Shown: positions 18,601 through 27,225 of the stretch, piece by piece
Numbering within the stretch: position 1 is the first letter of the stretch
How the letters are laid out: each line of letters starts with the position of its first letter
UHGV virus genome: UHGV-0098759
Length of the DNA: 35,139 nt
Reading direction: 5' to 3' (one strand)
From: a virus
Notes under the pieces: generated by a model
What the model saw: the letters and a program-made list of their open reading frames with translations, nothing else
Databases searched by the model: none
What the model was told of the DNA's origin: nothing
Translations under genes and position numbers: made by a program

Positions 18601-19281
18601 CGCGTCTTTCTTATTGTCGGAAACAGTCTTTTCGATCGCTGTCTTGTTAGCTGCAACCGTGCTAGTTAAGCTAGAAATTTTGTTATCTGCATCGGTTTTA
18701 TTTGCAGTAACAGTTTTAGTTAAGTTGCTAACGTTGGTGTTAGTGGTATTAACCTTGTTGTTAATCGCGGTGTTATTGTCAGTGACCGTTTTCGTTAAAG
18801 CTGCATGTTTGCTATCTGCATCAGATTTGTTTGCGGCAACGGTTCTTTCAATTGCGGTCTTATTCGCAGATACGGTCCCCGTAAGGTTATTGATCTTAGT
18901 GTCGGCATCGGTTTTATTTGCCGTAACTGTCTGGGTTAAGTTACTAACAGTGGTGTTGGTAGCATCAATGCGCTTATTGGTCGCTGTATCTTTCGTGGTA
19001 ATAGTCTGATTCAGTTCAGCTTTAGCACTAGCCAGATTATTAGCGGCCTCTTGTTTGTTGGAAGCAATAACACGGTCAGTGCTAGTTTTGTTATTGTCTA
19101 CTTTCGTGTTTAAAGCATTATGACTTTCTGGGGAAACGCTGATTTGAACTACTGCGTTATTTTTGTCTTTGGTGTAAATTACATGGTCTGCCATCTGAAT
19201 AGCGATTTCACCGACCTGTAATTGTTCCGGCGTTGGTTTTTTACCAGCCGTTTGTGTGCGTTTAAATTGGATTGATTGCAT
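15679..19281 (-). CDS. long tail fibre with heptad-like shaft repeats and C-terminal intramolecular-chaperone-like domain
   Basis: 1200 aa; N-terminal third has repeats of type TVTANKTDADTKINNLTGTV; C-terminus (...SDSRLKINKEEL...IEALQKEIAELKATK) resembles self-cleaving chaperone domains of phage fibres; KPTP.EIGA motif at N-terminus and internally. Confidence 0.75.
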   Translation of the reverse strand: MQSIQFKRTQTAGKKPTPEQLQVGEIAIQMADHVIYTKDKNNAVVQISVSPESHNALNTKVDNNKTSTDRVIASNKQEAANNLASAKAELNQTITTKDTATNKRIDATNTTVSNLTQTVTANKTDADTKINNLTGTVSANKTAIERTVAANKSDADSKHAALTKTVTDNNTAINNKVNTTNTNVSNLTKTVTANKTDADNKISSLTSTVAANKTAIEKTVSDNKKDADTKITNLTGTVNSNHTAINNKVDQNKSSTDAAIAAANKRIDGIEGSNDALYIKKNTNTKHGGYLLSKTANYLEDQTSRDLNYFGAFRTNGQDGLMDLTLNVPHSSGKAHGRGFTFRYASGGSRVETYGFDREGQKNFSYKMYHEGDKPTPGEIGAYTKAEVDKMFVKNVVMSVPNSSENVSAYFKLATATIPQNGRSVFFRIHGGNGYNVTAYDQVDVVEILLRSGNDRPKGLNVIAYRRNTNKDFEVFAVNTSGDNYDIYVKYQRYTDNVIVEYGKSVYVSLTVYDTPEATLIKPSVGVIGGRNVTLFNTENKRGVLSFDDNTQNSYDIVHLSNDKGTGRKYIRKFRSNYNEMVWHETVQGAVYRLATGATDSTEVIRIDSNSAIPGNYKGYVITGKMELHGSGNAMTLHRQTGQAAYMAWWDRRDGKNQRSGYIGHADGTSDGFVWRNDVGANSFDLEGSGQVNLTTGKTKIVYTNGQYYSANADAFRMIYGKYGAFWRNDGGKVYLLSTAENDRFGGWNTYRPFIYDLTSGNVQLGGDGNEDVLTLERASKAARFSGNAYIKGQHLTFDAGAGQSRDYFRFNHWGDSNNARDNILQIEDSQGAHFTTERAMGTGNITARFKGFVRVESGEIAFDANRGSASQFTLHTWGNEQRKQVFECKDATSYHWYTERTNGGTGPILFSVAGTLKTASNIQVGGADIEFRRSGNKHLWFRDPNGLELGLMYCDDAGVIRFRGQKQGQTWKLADKMIHLEAGTVGGSDKGLIRGNVAGGSWASWRDRSAGILVDCPNSTDSAHNIWKATHWGKYHIAAMGVHVPSGTITNALARLNVHDANFDFNAAGDFSAGRNGSFNDVYIRSDSRLKINKEELQDGALEKVNSLKVYTYDKVKSLSDDTVIKREVGIIAQDLEKVLPEAVGIQSTEDPEQPEAIKTISNSAVNALIIKAMQEMDAKYKTQIEALQKEIAELKATK

Positions 19282-19299
19282 CTAATCACCTCACATAAA

Positions 19300-19325
19300 A
19301 CAGGAATAAGGGAGGCGTTAACCTC
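19300..19325 (-). terminator. hairpin (GGGGAGG-UUAACG-CCUCCC) with U-rich tail between the 277-aa gene and the fibre gene
   Basis: Perfect 6-7-bp GC stem read on the minus strand, followed by UUAUUCCUGUUUUAU. Confidence 0.4.
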
Positions 19326-19356
19326 CCCGCGTCATGTTTTATTTAGGTAAGCAATC

Positions 19357-20190
19357 TTAATACTCACCGAAGTCGATTCTATCAGTCTTAGCCACTGCGC
19401 CAATTTCGCTAGGTGTCGGTTTCTCATTGGTGGAATATACCTTGATCCATTCAGAGCGACCGTTTTCCTGAATATTTCGGACACGTAAACGTGGTGCACC
19501 GGAAGTATTACAGGTTAATTGCCATGCGCCATGCTCATTAGCTTGAAGGTGAATTAATGATGTATCAGCACCATAAGGGTTAGTGCTAGCCGTTCCTTTG
19601 TAGGTTACGAAGCGGTTTCCTGTCAGAGATTCACTATCAATAGGTCCGGTGAATGGGCTAACGCCTGAGCCTACGCCATAATCCCCTTGTCGCAGAATTT
19701 TTCCCTCGGTCGCTATACCCCTTGCTAGAATCCCGCCATCTGGTTCAAGTTTAAATTCCAGTGTTACAGCTTTGTTATCACTACCACGGGTTTTATGTGA
19801 TGTGACGTAAGCATCGAATATACAAAAGTACCCTGTGTTAGCAGCACTATAGCCAGAGTTCACAACATAGAACATACGGAAGCGTAAAGGTGTTTTATCC
19901 TCTACCGCTTTCATCAACATTGCTTGATGTTCATCGTCAAGAACACGGTTTAATGTGAGTGTTGTCGGTTCCAGTCTACGATAACCAGCAAGTTTCCCCG
20001 TAGCGTCCTGATCGTACTCTTCCAGAGTTTCTATCTCTGTGGATTCGGTTAGCGTAGGGAATGCTGCGATGTTCTCCATAGAACTAAAGCTAGGATCGAA
20101 AAAGTCGACCTGATTGTCTATCTGGTTAGAGATCGACACTTCAACATGTGATCCAGTGAAAATATCTAAGTTATCTTGTGTAATATTCAT
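19357..20190 (-). CDS. tail-tube-like protein, paralogue B, with C-terminal fibre-repeat domain
   Basis: N-terminal ~165 aa paralogous to the 15148..15621 product; C-terminus ends with KPTPSEIGAVAKTD, the same motif found in the adjacent fibre; RBS AAGGGG. Confidence 0.5.
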   Translation of the reverse strand: MNITQDNLDIFTGSHVEVSISNQIDNQVDFFDPSFSSMENIAAFPTLTESTEIETLEEYDQDATGKLAGYRRLEPTTLTLNRVLDDEHQAMLMKAVEDKTPLRFRMFYVVNSGYSAANTGYFCIFDAYVTSHKTRGSDNKAVTLEFKLEPDGGILARGIATEGKILRQGDYGVGSGVSPFTGPIDSESLTGNRFVTYKGTASTNPYGADTSLIHLQANEHGAWQLTCNTSGAPRLRVRNIQENGRSEWIKVYSTNEKPTPSEIGAVAKTDRIDFGEY

Positions 20191-20199
20191 TATTACCCC

Positions 20200-20622
20200 T
20201 TAAAAACGCGCTAGATAAGAAAATTTAAGGCTAAGTGTCCCAACGATACCCCCATCACTAGAATCATCGTCATAATCGGTATTAGAAGCTACTGGAGTGA
20301 TATCTGAAATAGAGAAGCCCAAATCTTTAAATCGTGGGTTATCCGGCTGAATCTGGATTATCTGGCAAATACCCTCATGGATTTTTGTTTCATGAATCTG
20401 AGAATATAATTGCATTTCGATAACGCATTCAGCTTGCATTGCATTACCACCACGGACCCTAGTGTAAGTCTCATTCATGCCAGTAATCCAACAAACCACG
20501 TCATCACTAAAACCTTGCTGAGTTTGTTCTACGTTTAAAGCCAGACCTAAATCTTGTTCGATAATATCTTGCAAGGCGCGTTTGATTTTCAGTCTAGGCA
20601 TATTATTAACGGTAGCGAGCAT
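20200..20622 (-). CDS. head-tail joining or tail completion protein (hypothetical)
   Basis: Position between the capsid and tail genes; ATG at 20622 with RBS AGGGGG preferred over the track start at 20670, which overlaps the upstream ORF by 65 nt. Confidence 0.45.
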   Translation of the reverse strand: MLATVNNMPRLKIKRALQDIIEQDLGLALNVEQTQQGFSDDVVCWITGMNETYTRVRGGNAMQAECVIEMQLYSQIHETKIHEGICQIIQIQPDNPRFKDLGFSISDITPVASNTDYDDDSSDGGIVGTLSLKFSYLARF

Positions 20623-20896
20623 GTGTACCCCCTGCCAGAGTAATAAAGCAATCAGTGGTATTATCACCATTGCGCTTAACGTATTGAACTTTGAAACGCT
20701 GATTTTCTACAGTGACAATATCACCCTGCTTTAAGTCTCCCTCACGACAAAATAGAAATTCTGTCTCTGTCATTACCCCTGATTCGTCGGTAGTAGTAAT
20801 TTCATGATAAGCACGAATTGATTTACCACCTTCCACCGAAAATACAGGAGCACTCTTAAACATTCTTGATAATTGTGATTCTGATAATTTGAACAT
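20606..20896 (-). CDS. head-tail connector or head completion protein (hypothetical)
   Basis: 96 aa immediately after the capsid gene; RBS AAAGGGGG. Confidence 0.45.
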   Translation of the reverse strand: MFKLSESQLSRMFKSAPVFSVEGGKSIRAYHEITTTDESGVMTETEFLFCREGDLKQGDIVTVENQRFKVQYVKRNGDNTTDCFITLAGGTHARYR

Positions 20897-20925
20897 AGTT
20901 ACCCCCTTTATGGAGTATTTACATA

Positions 20926-20955
20926 CAAAAAAGCCCCGCCAATAACGGCAGGGCT
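20926..20955 (-). terminator. intrinsic terminator after the capsid extension (AGCCCUGCC-GUUAUU-GGCGGGGCU, then U6)
   Basis: 9-bp stem with one G-U wobble formed only on the minus-strand RNA, followed by a T6 run. Confidence 0.6.
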
Positions 20956-20960
20956 AATTA

Positions 20961-21089
20961 TTATTCTTTAGTTTTACGCTGTTTTTTAGCTGTGGCTTTC
21001 GCCTTAACCGTCTGGGATTCTTCTTCCGGTTCAGGAATCAGATTTTCTTCCCCCAAATCGGGGGAAGGTTCAGATGGTTCTACAGGAGT
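20961..21089 (-). CDS. in-frame post-TGA extension of the major capsid protein (43 codons; ...IPEPEEESQTVKAKATAKKQRKTKE)
   Basis: TGA at 21090-21092 is followed by 43 sense codons in frame ending at TAA 20961-20963; no ATG inside; Pro/Glu-rich linker then basic AKATAKK tail. Confidence 0.5.
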   Translation of the reverse strand, partial: TPVEPSEPSPDLGEENLIPEPEEESQTVKAKATAKKQRKTKE

Positions 21090-23090
21090 TCATTCAGCGG
21101 AGATGTGAAGAACTTTCAGGGCTTCCGGCTGAGTAACAACATAATCCAGGTCTACCCAGATTCGCGGAACGATAGCAGACTGTGCGCGGTAGGTAGTGTC
21201 GTCCATATCCAGTTCCAGACCGCCCCACTCACCAATGGTGATACCGTCGAACGCGCCCAGAACGATGTGGTCTGCCGGGATAACACCAGAAGTAACTACT
21301 TCGTAACCAGCCAGTTTGCCGTTTTCGATGATATAACCGGAAACGCCGTTATCTTTCAGGGTAGATTCCAGTTCAGCAGCAGTTGCACCGCTCATCGCAA
21401 ACTTGATCGCCTGAGCAGGAACGCCAGCGTCGGTCAGTGCTGCAATTTCTTTCAGGAAGTCTTTGTAAGAGAAAGCGGCTTTCTTAGTAACGCGACCCGC
21501 GTCTACCAGTTGCTTAACCAGACCAGCCGGACCACGAGCATTTTCTTTATCAGACAGAATCAGTTGTTCCAGTTTGATCCGAACAGATTTGTTAATGTGA
21601 TCGGTGATCAGGGTAGCAATATTCGGAACAGTTTTCAGAGACTGACGGCTGATCGGGTTGCCACCAGCAAAAGTTTTCGGAGCCATTTTCACGTTTGCAA
21701 ATTCAGCTTTGCTTTCCGGTGCAGCACCGTTTTCATCAACGAAACCGAAAGCATCAACGCTGGAAGTAGTCATTTTCGGTACAGCAATCGGAGCATTCAG
21801 ACCAGACAGAACAGTCACACCGAGGCGGCCTAAAACACTCTGAGGCAACAGCATTTCAACATAGGATTCGGTCAGCAGTTTTTCGTCAGTTACAGCGGTC
21901 AGAGTAGCTTTGGTGTTACCTTCGGAAGCAGCACGCAGAGCAGCAGCCGGAACGAATACAGAGCCACCGCGAGCAGCACGACCACGCTGCATTGCAGCAC
22001 CAGCAGCCATAGCGGAATATTCAGCTTCGTTAGCACCCAGAGCAGCACCATCTACCAGAGAGCGAATTACGTTGTTCAGGTCAAAAGTTTTTTCCATTTT
22101 AGAGTCCTTAATTTGTTCGTTATTACGTTGAGCATTGGTAATGTTATTTAGTGCCTTAGTGCGGAATGCTTCCGGCGTCATGTCTTTAACTGCCAATGCG
22201 CGTTCTAATTCTTCGTCGTTAATATTTAGCTCGCGAGCGATCTCGCGAATTTCTAATTCGTCTTCTTCGGAACGTTCAGCCACTTCTTCGATTTTTTCTT
22301 CTTCAACCGGAGCGGCTTCACGTTCTTCTTTTACTTCTTCTTCCCGAACAGTTGAACTATCATCATCAACACTTTCAGGATGTTCAGCGTCTTTTCCGTC
22401 TTCGAGATTTTCATTTTCTTTATTCTCTTCAACTTGGCGCTCTTGAGTTTCTTCAACTTCCGGTTCTTTAATTTCTTCTACCGGAGTTTCTTCAACCTGA
22501 GCGGGTTCTTGTTCTTCTTTGATTTCTTCGATTTGTTCTTTAGTCATATCGCGTTTAGCCTCCAAATTAACTGTGATAGTATTTAGAGAGCGATTTAAAC
22601 CGACCGTATCGTCTGCGGGAACGGTGACAAATGAGAGTTCATAGGGTGCCCACTTAGTAACAATCAATTGTCCTTTGGTGTAGTCGATGTGATATTCTTT
22701 AATGTCATAACCGACAGAAATTTTTTCCATCGTACCTTCAATGACTTTATTACGAATATCATTAGCCAAAGTGCCATGCTTGGAGAATTTAACCAGAGCA
22801 CGACCTACGTTATCCGCATCGATTCGAGCGTTACAAACGACACCAATGTGATTATCGAAATTATGATTGAACAGCAACGGAGCGTTATTATTCAGACGAG
22901 ACAGATCAACCGCTTCCGGTGTATGTACCAGAATTTCATCTAATACCACCATTTCTTGATTTTGCTCATCCCAGAATTGGCGCTGATAAGGCTGTTCACT
23001 GGAGAAAGCAATTTCAAATTCGTATTGATCATTCTGCCCTTCGTTAATAACTCCACCGTAACCGTTAAGATCGCGGCGAAATTTAAGCAT
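21090..23090 (-). CDS. fused prohead protease - scaffold-like linker - major capsid protein (HK97-fold)
   Basis: N-terminal ~190 aa carry prohead-protease motifs (PLLFNHNF, SVGY, ELSFVTVPAD); acidic Glu/Lys/Pro-rich middle; C-terminal ~330 aa capsid-like; RBS AAGGTGA; ends in TGA. Confidence 0.8.
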   Translation of the reverse strand: MLKFRRDLNGYGGVINEGQNDQYEFEIAFSSEQPYQRQFWDEQNQEMVVLDEILVHTPEAVDLSRLNNNAPLLFNHNFDNHIGVVCNARIDADNVGRALVKFSKHGTLANDIRNKVIEGTMEKISVGYDIKEYHIDYTKGQLIVTKWAPYELSFVTVPADDTVGLNRSLNTITVNLEAKRDMTKEQIEEIKEEQEPAQVEETPVEEIKEPEVEETQERQVEENKENENLEDGKDAEHPESVDDDSSTVREEEVKEEREAAPVEEEKIEEVAERSEEDELEIREIARELNINDEELERALAVKDMTPEAFRTKALNNITNAQRNNEQIKDSKMEKTFDLNNVIRSLVDGAALGANEAEYSAMAAGAAMQRGRAARGGSVFVPAAALRAASEGNTKATLTAVTDEKLLTESYVEMLLPQSVLGRLGVTVLSGLNAPIAVPKMTTSSVDAFGFVDENGAAPESKAEFANVKMAPKTFAGGNPISRQSLKTVPNIATLITDHINKSVRIKLEQLILSDKENARGPAGLVKQLVDAGRVTKKAAFSYKDFLKEIAALTDAGVPAQAIKFAMSGATAAELESTLKDNGVSGYIIENGKLAGYEVVTSGVIPADHIVLGAFDGITIGEWGGLELDMDDTTYRAQSAIVPRIWVDLDYVVTQPEALKVLHISAE

Positions 23091-23135
23091 TTAATCACCT
23101 TTAATTAATTGGGGGCATTGCGCCCCCGTTGGTTA

Positions 23136-24647
23136 TTAGGGATCGGCTGGGGAATTTTTTTCTTCACCCTCGCCATTAACGATAATATTTAGTGCGCTCT
23201 TTTCGGCTTGAATCTCTGAGAATACTTTTTCAGGATCATCACCACGTTCAAGAATAACGGCAGTACGTGATTTAAGTCCTTTATCAATTAAAGCAATATC
23301 AGCGTTTACGTCTTTAATAACATCGACAGACTCGAAACGTGGCCTGATAATAGTAGTGTTATCGATAATATGTGGAATTGCAGTAATACGAATCGGAACA
23401 ATACCACGCGCAGAATAATGACGCAGATACGCTTCGAAAATTGGCAACACCACTGTTTCAATCAATTTGTTTTGCAGCGATTTAACACGGTTACGTTGAA
23501 GCAATTCGCCGAAACGCGCGGCTGAGTAGTTGATTTGTGAACAATCTCCTGTTAAGCCCTGTTTGAACACGCCTAAGCCCATTGATACGCTAGTAAACAT
23601 CGCATCATTGAAGGAATTGAAATCATCGCCTGATTGAGTAGCTTGGATTGATTTAATCGTTGCCCCTTCCGGCAATTCCTGAATAGTACCCGGTGCAAAA
23701 TCCTGTACTACTTCCGGCGCTTGATATTGTTCATCCTCTTCACCAGTATCAAAATCGTCACCAGAATCTTTCGGACGTTCGATAAAGCCCATAGAGCTAG
23801 CTGCAATACGTTTCTGGATGATCGCGGTTTCGCGGAATGCGTCTTGATGCGCAATATCCTTGATCACTGGCAGGAAGTCAGTCACACCACGCAGAGATTC
23901 GGCCGCAAGTGGTTGATAATAATGGCATACTTGCGAAGCATCTACGCGATAGTTATCACCTGTGTAAGTCTGAGTCAGTAGGTTGATTTTACGAAACCAA
24001 AATGCAACAGGGCGCATTGTTTCTACGTCATACTCGATCCCCTGATAGATAGCGCGTTCTTTGCTTACTTCACGGTTGAGCGTCCAGTCGCACTTATCAG
24101 CAGACAGGATAGAAACATTTAACTCATTGTTTTCTTTGGTTAAAACTATGAAGCACTCACCACCCATAACGCGCTCACGTTCAGCCATTACCAGCAATTC
24201 ACGGAAGTTAAAGCGACCGTTACGAGAGAAGCGTTTAGCATTCTGCGCCCACTTCCAGAAAGCATTCTCGATCTGCTTATTCAGTGCGCTATCAAGTTTG
24301 CCATTTGATTTAACAACTGACGGCTTCGGATCTAGACCAGTACCAACCACCATATCGGTGATGTATTGCGTGTAGCGACTGCCTACGGAAGTGTTTAAGG
24401 CCAGAGTACGACCCTGATCATAAAGGCGCTTACCGTTCGATTTGAGAGCCTTATTGAAGGTTCCTGTGATAGTATCTTGTTGAAGCGATCCATCAATGCG
24501 ATCACCAACCAGTCCTAAACTACGTTTAGATATGTCTTTCTGGTATCTTTCTATAGATTTGTCGATGAAAATTTTTGGTTGTTGCTGGCGGTGATTAGTT
24601 TTAACTGGAGTTTCTACCGCCTTTTTGCGTCGAAAAAGATTAAACAT
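23136..24647 (-). CDS. portal protein, lambda B-like
   Basis: 503 aa, directly downstream of the large terminase region and upstream of the protease-capsid gene; RBS AAGGGG. Confidence 0.8.
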   Translation of the reverse strand: MFNLFRRKKAVETPVKTNHRQQQPKIFIDKSIERYQKDISKRSLGLVGDRIDGSLQQDTITGTFNKALKSNGKRLYDQGRTLALNTSVGSRYTQYITDMVVGTGLDPKPSVVKSNGKLDSALNKQIENAFWKWAQNAKRFSRNGRFNFRELLVMAERERVMGGECFIVLTKENNELNVSILSADKCDWTLNREVSKERAIYQGIEYDVETMRPVAFWFRKINLLTQTYTGDNYRVDASQVCHYYQPLAAESLRGVTDFLPVIKDIAHQDAFRETAIIQKRIAASSMGFIERPKDSGDDFDTGEEDEQYQAPEVVQDFAPGTIQELPEGATIKSIQATQSGDDFNSFNDAMFTSVSMGLGVFKQGLTGDCSQINYSAARFGELLQRNRVKSLQNKLIETVVLPIFEAYLRHYSARGIVPIRITAIPHIIDNTTIIRPRFESVDVIKDVNADIALIDKGLKSRTAVILERGDDPEKVFSEIQAEKSALNIIVNGEGEEKNSPADP

Positions 24648-24657
24648 GATTTACCCC

Positions 24658-25152
24658 TTATCGCGTAAGACGTAATTTGATATTTTTAATCGGGCTAATT
24701 CCCTGTTTACGTCGTTCGGCTTGAATTAGTTTAGATAACTGACGTTCATAATCAGTCTTTAATTGCTGGAGAACACCTAATGACTCATAGGCGAAAGTAT
24801 TCCCTTTCACGGTCATTGCAGATAATGCGGCTTCGTCTCCAGATAGCCTGGCGAAAATAACTTGCTCTATGGTGGCGATAGTTTCCCGCAGATATTCTTT
24901 TTTGGATTGTTTGGCGAATACTGGTAAAACAGTTAATTCCTGCATTGATACCAGTTCATTTTCCAAAGTGGTTACGATGGTATATTTACCTTCGGCAAAA
25001 TCTAAGGTTTTAATCTCATGATTAGCCGGAGTGTCATCAACCTGATAAATGATACCTTTACTATTTCCTACCTGAATTGTTACACCCTCTTCATTCGCCA
25101 GCGTGATTTTTTCGCCTTTACGAATTACTAAGGGAATTAGTTCTAAACTCAT
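24658..25152 (-). CDS. head-associated protein (hypothetical), between terminase and portal
   Basis: ORF with RBS AAGGGG; occupies the position of lambda W but is much larger. Confidence 0.45.
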   Translation of the reverse strand: MSLELIPLVIRKGEKITLANEEGVTIQVGNSKGIIYQVDDTPANHEIKTLDFAEGKYTIVTTLENELVSMQELTVLPVFAKQSKKEYLRETIATIEQVIFARLSGDEAALSAMTVKGNTFAYESLGVLQQLKTDYERQLSKLIQAERRKQGISPIKNIKLRLTR

Positions 25153-25200
25153 AATTACCCCTTATTTAATTGTTATTGGATTAACAATATTTAGGAGCAA

Positions 25201-25218
25201 GCCGCCCCGAAGGACGGC
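25201..25218 (-). other. RNA hairpin with UUCG tetraloop on the minus-strand transcript, between terL and the next gene
   Basis: Minus-strand reading GCCGUCC-UUCG-GGGCGGC pairs with a G-U wobble; the plus-strand reading has a C-A mismatch; no U-run follows. Confidence 0.4.
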
Positions 25219-25223
25219 ATCAA

Positions 25224-27137
25224 TTAAAAGTTATTTACCCACCCACCACGACGCACAGGACGCGCCATAGGACGACGATTAGGTTTGTGATGAGTGATTG
25301 GCTTAGTTTCTTCGATTTGCTCGTTAGAATGTGATTTAGGAGCTTCTACGGTTGCTTCTGGTTCACGATTCAGCTTTTCTTTCATTGCAATGAGCTTATC
25401 CCATGACATTTTTGAAAGAACATAGCGAGAAGCCGCATAGCTATAAACCAGACAGTCGAGCGCCTCGTTTCGTGTCGCACCTGGATTTTTTACCCAACGT
25501 GTTCCAGTAACAGTACGCTTGATGGATTCACTCAAAAGCTGATCGAGATAATCATCAGGAACGGTTTCTGATATCTCTAAACCAATATGAGGGTTTTCTT
25601 TCAAGTTGCGTGTTAATAGCTCACGAATAGCCGTTTTACCCACGTTAACGCCCAACATAAGCAATTCATGACCACCCGTGGTAGTTGGTTTCACCGGAAT
25701 GATTGGAGCAGTACCAGATGAACTACCTTTGATTGCGTGTAAGTTCTTCCACTTACCACCGCAAATACGGTATCCGGCTTGAGTGAATCGACCGTTCGAT
25801 GTATCAAGGAAGCTGGCGAGCATAGGAACACGATCACCCGATACAGTAGTAAATTTGGTTTTATGGAAGTTGATTAATCTGTCCCATACAGGAGATTCAT
25901 ATCGTTCACAGTTATGGTCGTAAAAGCTGCGATGATCCAGAATATAAATCTTATCCTTTGCCACGCCCATGATCGTAGTTTCTGCGCGATCTAATTGCTG
26001 GTCAGTACCCGCACACAAGAAAATCACGTCATCAGGGATATTCTCGATAGAAACATCTGTTTTGAGTTGTTCCAGTTCATTTGCTTCTACTGCCGTGTCC
26101 TGATCGTCGTATACCTTACCTAACACTGTGTTATAAAATGATTGTAAATCAAAGGATTGCCACGCATGACTAAAATCAACCACACAAGCGCGGATACTAC
26201 TGAAAGGTGAATACAGACGGCTGATCCAGAATCCTGCTACTTCACTTTCACGGGTTGCTCTCCACTCGCCTTGCGCTACTGCCCTGATTCGTTCCCCTTC
26301 TGTCCATGATTGCTTACAGTGGGGGCAAATATAACGAGCGGTATCAGGATCGGGTAAGTTCTTACCATCGATGTTACGCCATTCAAATTGAACGTTTTCC
26401 CACTCGATCACCTGGTGTTCCCCGCAATGAGGACACGGAACAAAAAACATACGCATATCACTTGATAACCATTGCTGGTTAATGATTCCCAGCTTATTGG
26501 TTGGGGTACTAGAAACAATCAATCGAGCTTCATCACCAAAGGTAGTTAAACGGTTTGCAGTTAGTGCCACCGGACAACCTTCTTCGGTGATTGTTGCTGC
26601 GTCGCATTCGTCTACAATCCCTAACTTGGCAGTACGCCCACGCAAACTTGAAGGACTGGTCAAAGAAACCATGTAAAGGAAATGGTTTGTTTTTAGCTGA
26701 ATCTGGTTATTGTTGTTTACCGCATTACGATCATTCTTATCTGTTACCACTTCCTGTAATGCCGGACATGCTTCAATAGAAGGACGGATCTTAGTATTCA
26801 AGTACATAGCCACTTCTTTAGCGGTACTTTGCCCGATAATGATATTGCACGGATCGTTTGCCATCTGGTTAAACATGATCCCTGACATGATGGTCGTCTT
26901 TCCGATCTGCGCACTCGTACAAAAAACGTACTTCTTTTTCTTCTCAAGGAAAGGAGCATCAATCATGCCTTTCTGAAATGACAGTAATTTAACTTTATCC
27001 CCAGCACGAGGACCATCGACTAGCGTTAGATTCGCTTCGCACCATTCAGAAGGAAGGAGTTTAGGCGGTGGCGTAATATATTTGGCTGCATTTCTGAGAA
27101 TCTTTTTTAATTTGGCCTTATTAGAAATCAGTTTCAT
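25224..27137 (-). CDS. terminase large subunit, lambda A-like
   Basis: 637 aa; CPHCGEHQ and [14 protein letters not shown] motifs match the corresponding lambda large-terminase segments as recalled; RBS GAGGG. Confidence 0.9.
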   Translation of the reverse strand: MKLISNKAKLKKILRNAAKYITPPPKLLPSEWCEANLTLVDGPRAGDKVKLLSFQKGMIDAPFLEKKKKYVFCTSAQIGKTTIMSGIMFNQMANDPCNIIIGQSTAKEVAMYLNTKIRPSIEACPALQEVVTDKNDRNAVNNNNQIQLKTNHFLYMVSLTSPSSLRGRTAKLGIVDECDAATITEEGCPVALTANRLTTFGDEARLIVSSTPTNKLGIINQQWLSSDMRMFFVPCPHCGEHQVIEWENVQFEWRNIDGKNLPDPDTARYICPHCKQSWTEGERIRAVAQGEWRATRESEVAGFWISRLYSPFSSIRACVVDFSHAWQSFDLQSFYNTVLGKVYDDQDTAVEANELEQLKTDVSIENIPDDVIFLCAGTDQQLDRAETTIMGVAKDKIYILDHRSFYDHNCERYESPVWDRLINFHKTKFTTVSGDRVPMLASFLDTSNGRFTQAGYRICGGKWKNLHAIKGSSSGTAPIIPVKPTTTGGHELLMLGVNVGKTAIRELLTRNLKENPHIGLEISETVPDDYLDQLLSESIKRTVTGTRWVKNPGATRNEALDCLVYSYAASRYVLSKMSWDKLIAMKEKLNREPEATVEAPKSHSNEQIEETKPITHHKPNRRPMARPVRRGGWVNNF

Positions 27138-27225
27138 GTAATTACCCTCATTACGAAATATGAAGGTATTTATTAAATTGTTGATATTTTGATAAATACG
27201 GGTATTAAGATTTAAGGGGGGGTGT

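Noticed and set aside
18461-19009. 182-aa hydrophobic plus-strand ORF
   Set aside because: Antisense to the repeat-rich fibre shaft region; its apparent hydrophobic repeats are the reverse-complement reading of the fibre repeats.
15022-21092. Alternative genetic code (TGA as sense codon) to explain the in-frame extensions
   Set aside because: Several well-supported genes end in TGA followed by clear terminators (for example 28114-28116 and 34886-34888), and only two late genes show the extension pattern. Low-level readthrough is the more economical explanation.
21105-22586. Plus-strand ORFs (242, 103 and 68 aa) within the capsid gene region
   Set aside because: Antisense to the protease-capsid gene; Ser/Arg/Phe-rich low-complexity translations typical of spurious frames.
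15679-27137. T5-like phage identity, suggested by the long fibre with chaperone-like C-terminus
   Set aside because: The terminase, portal, tail-tip M/L/K/J order and J C-terminus are lambda-like; tape measure and tube protein sizes do not fit a T5-type tail.
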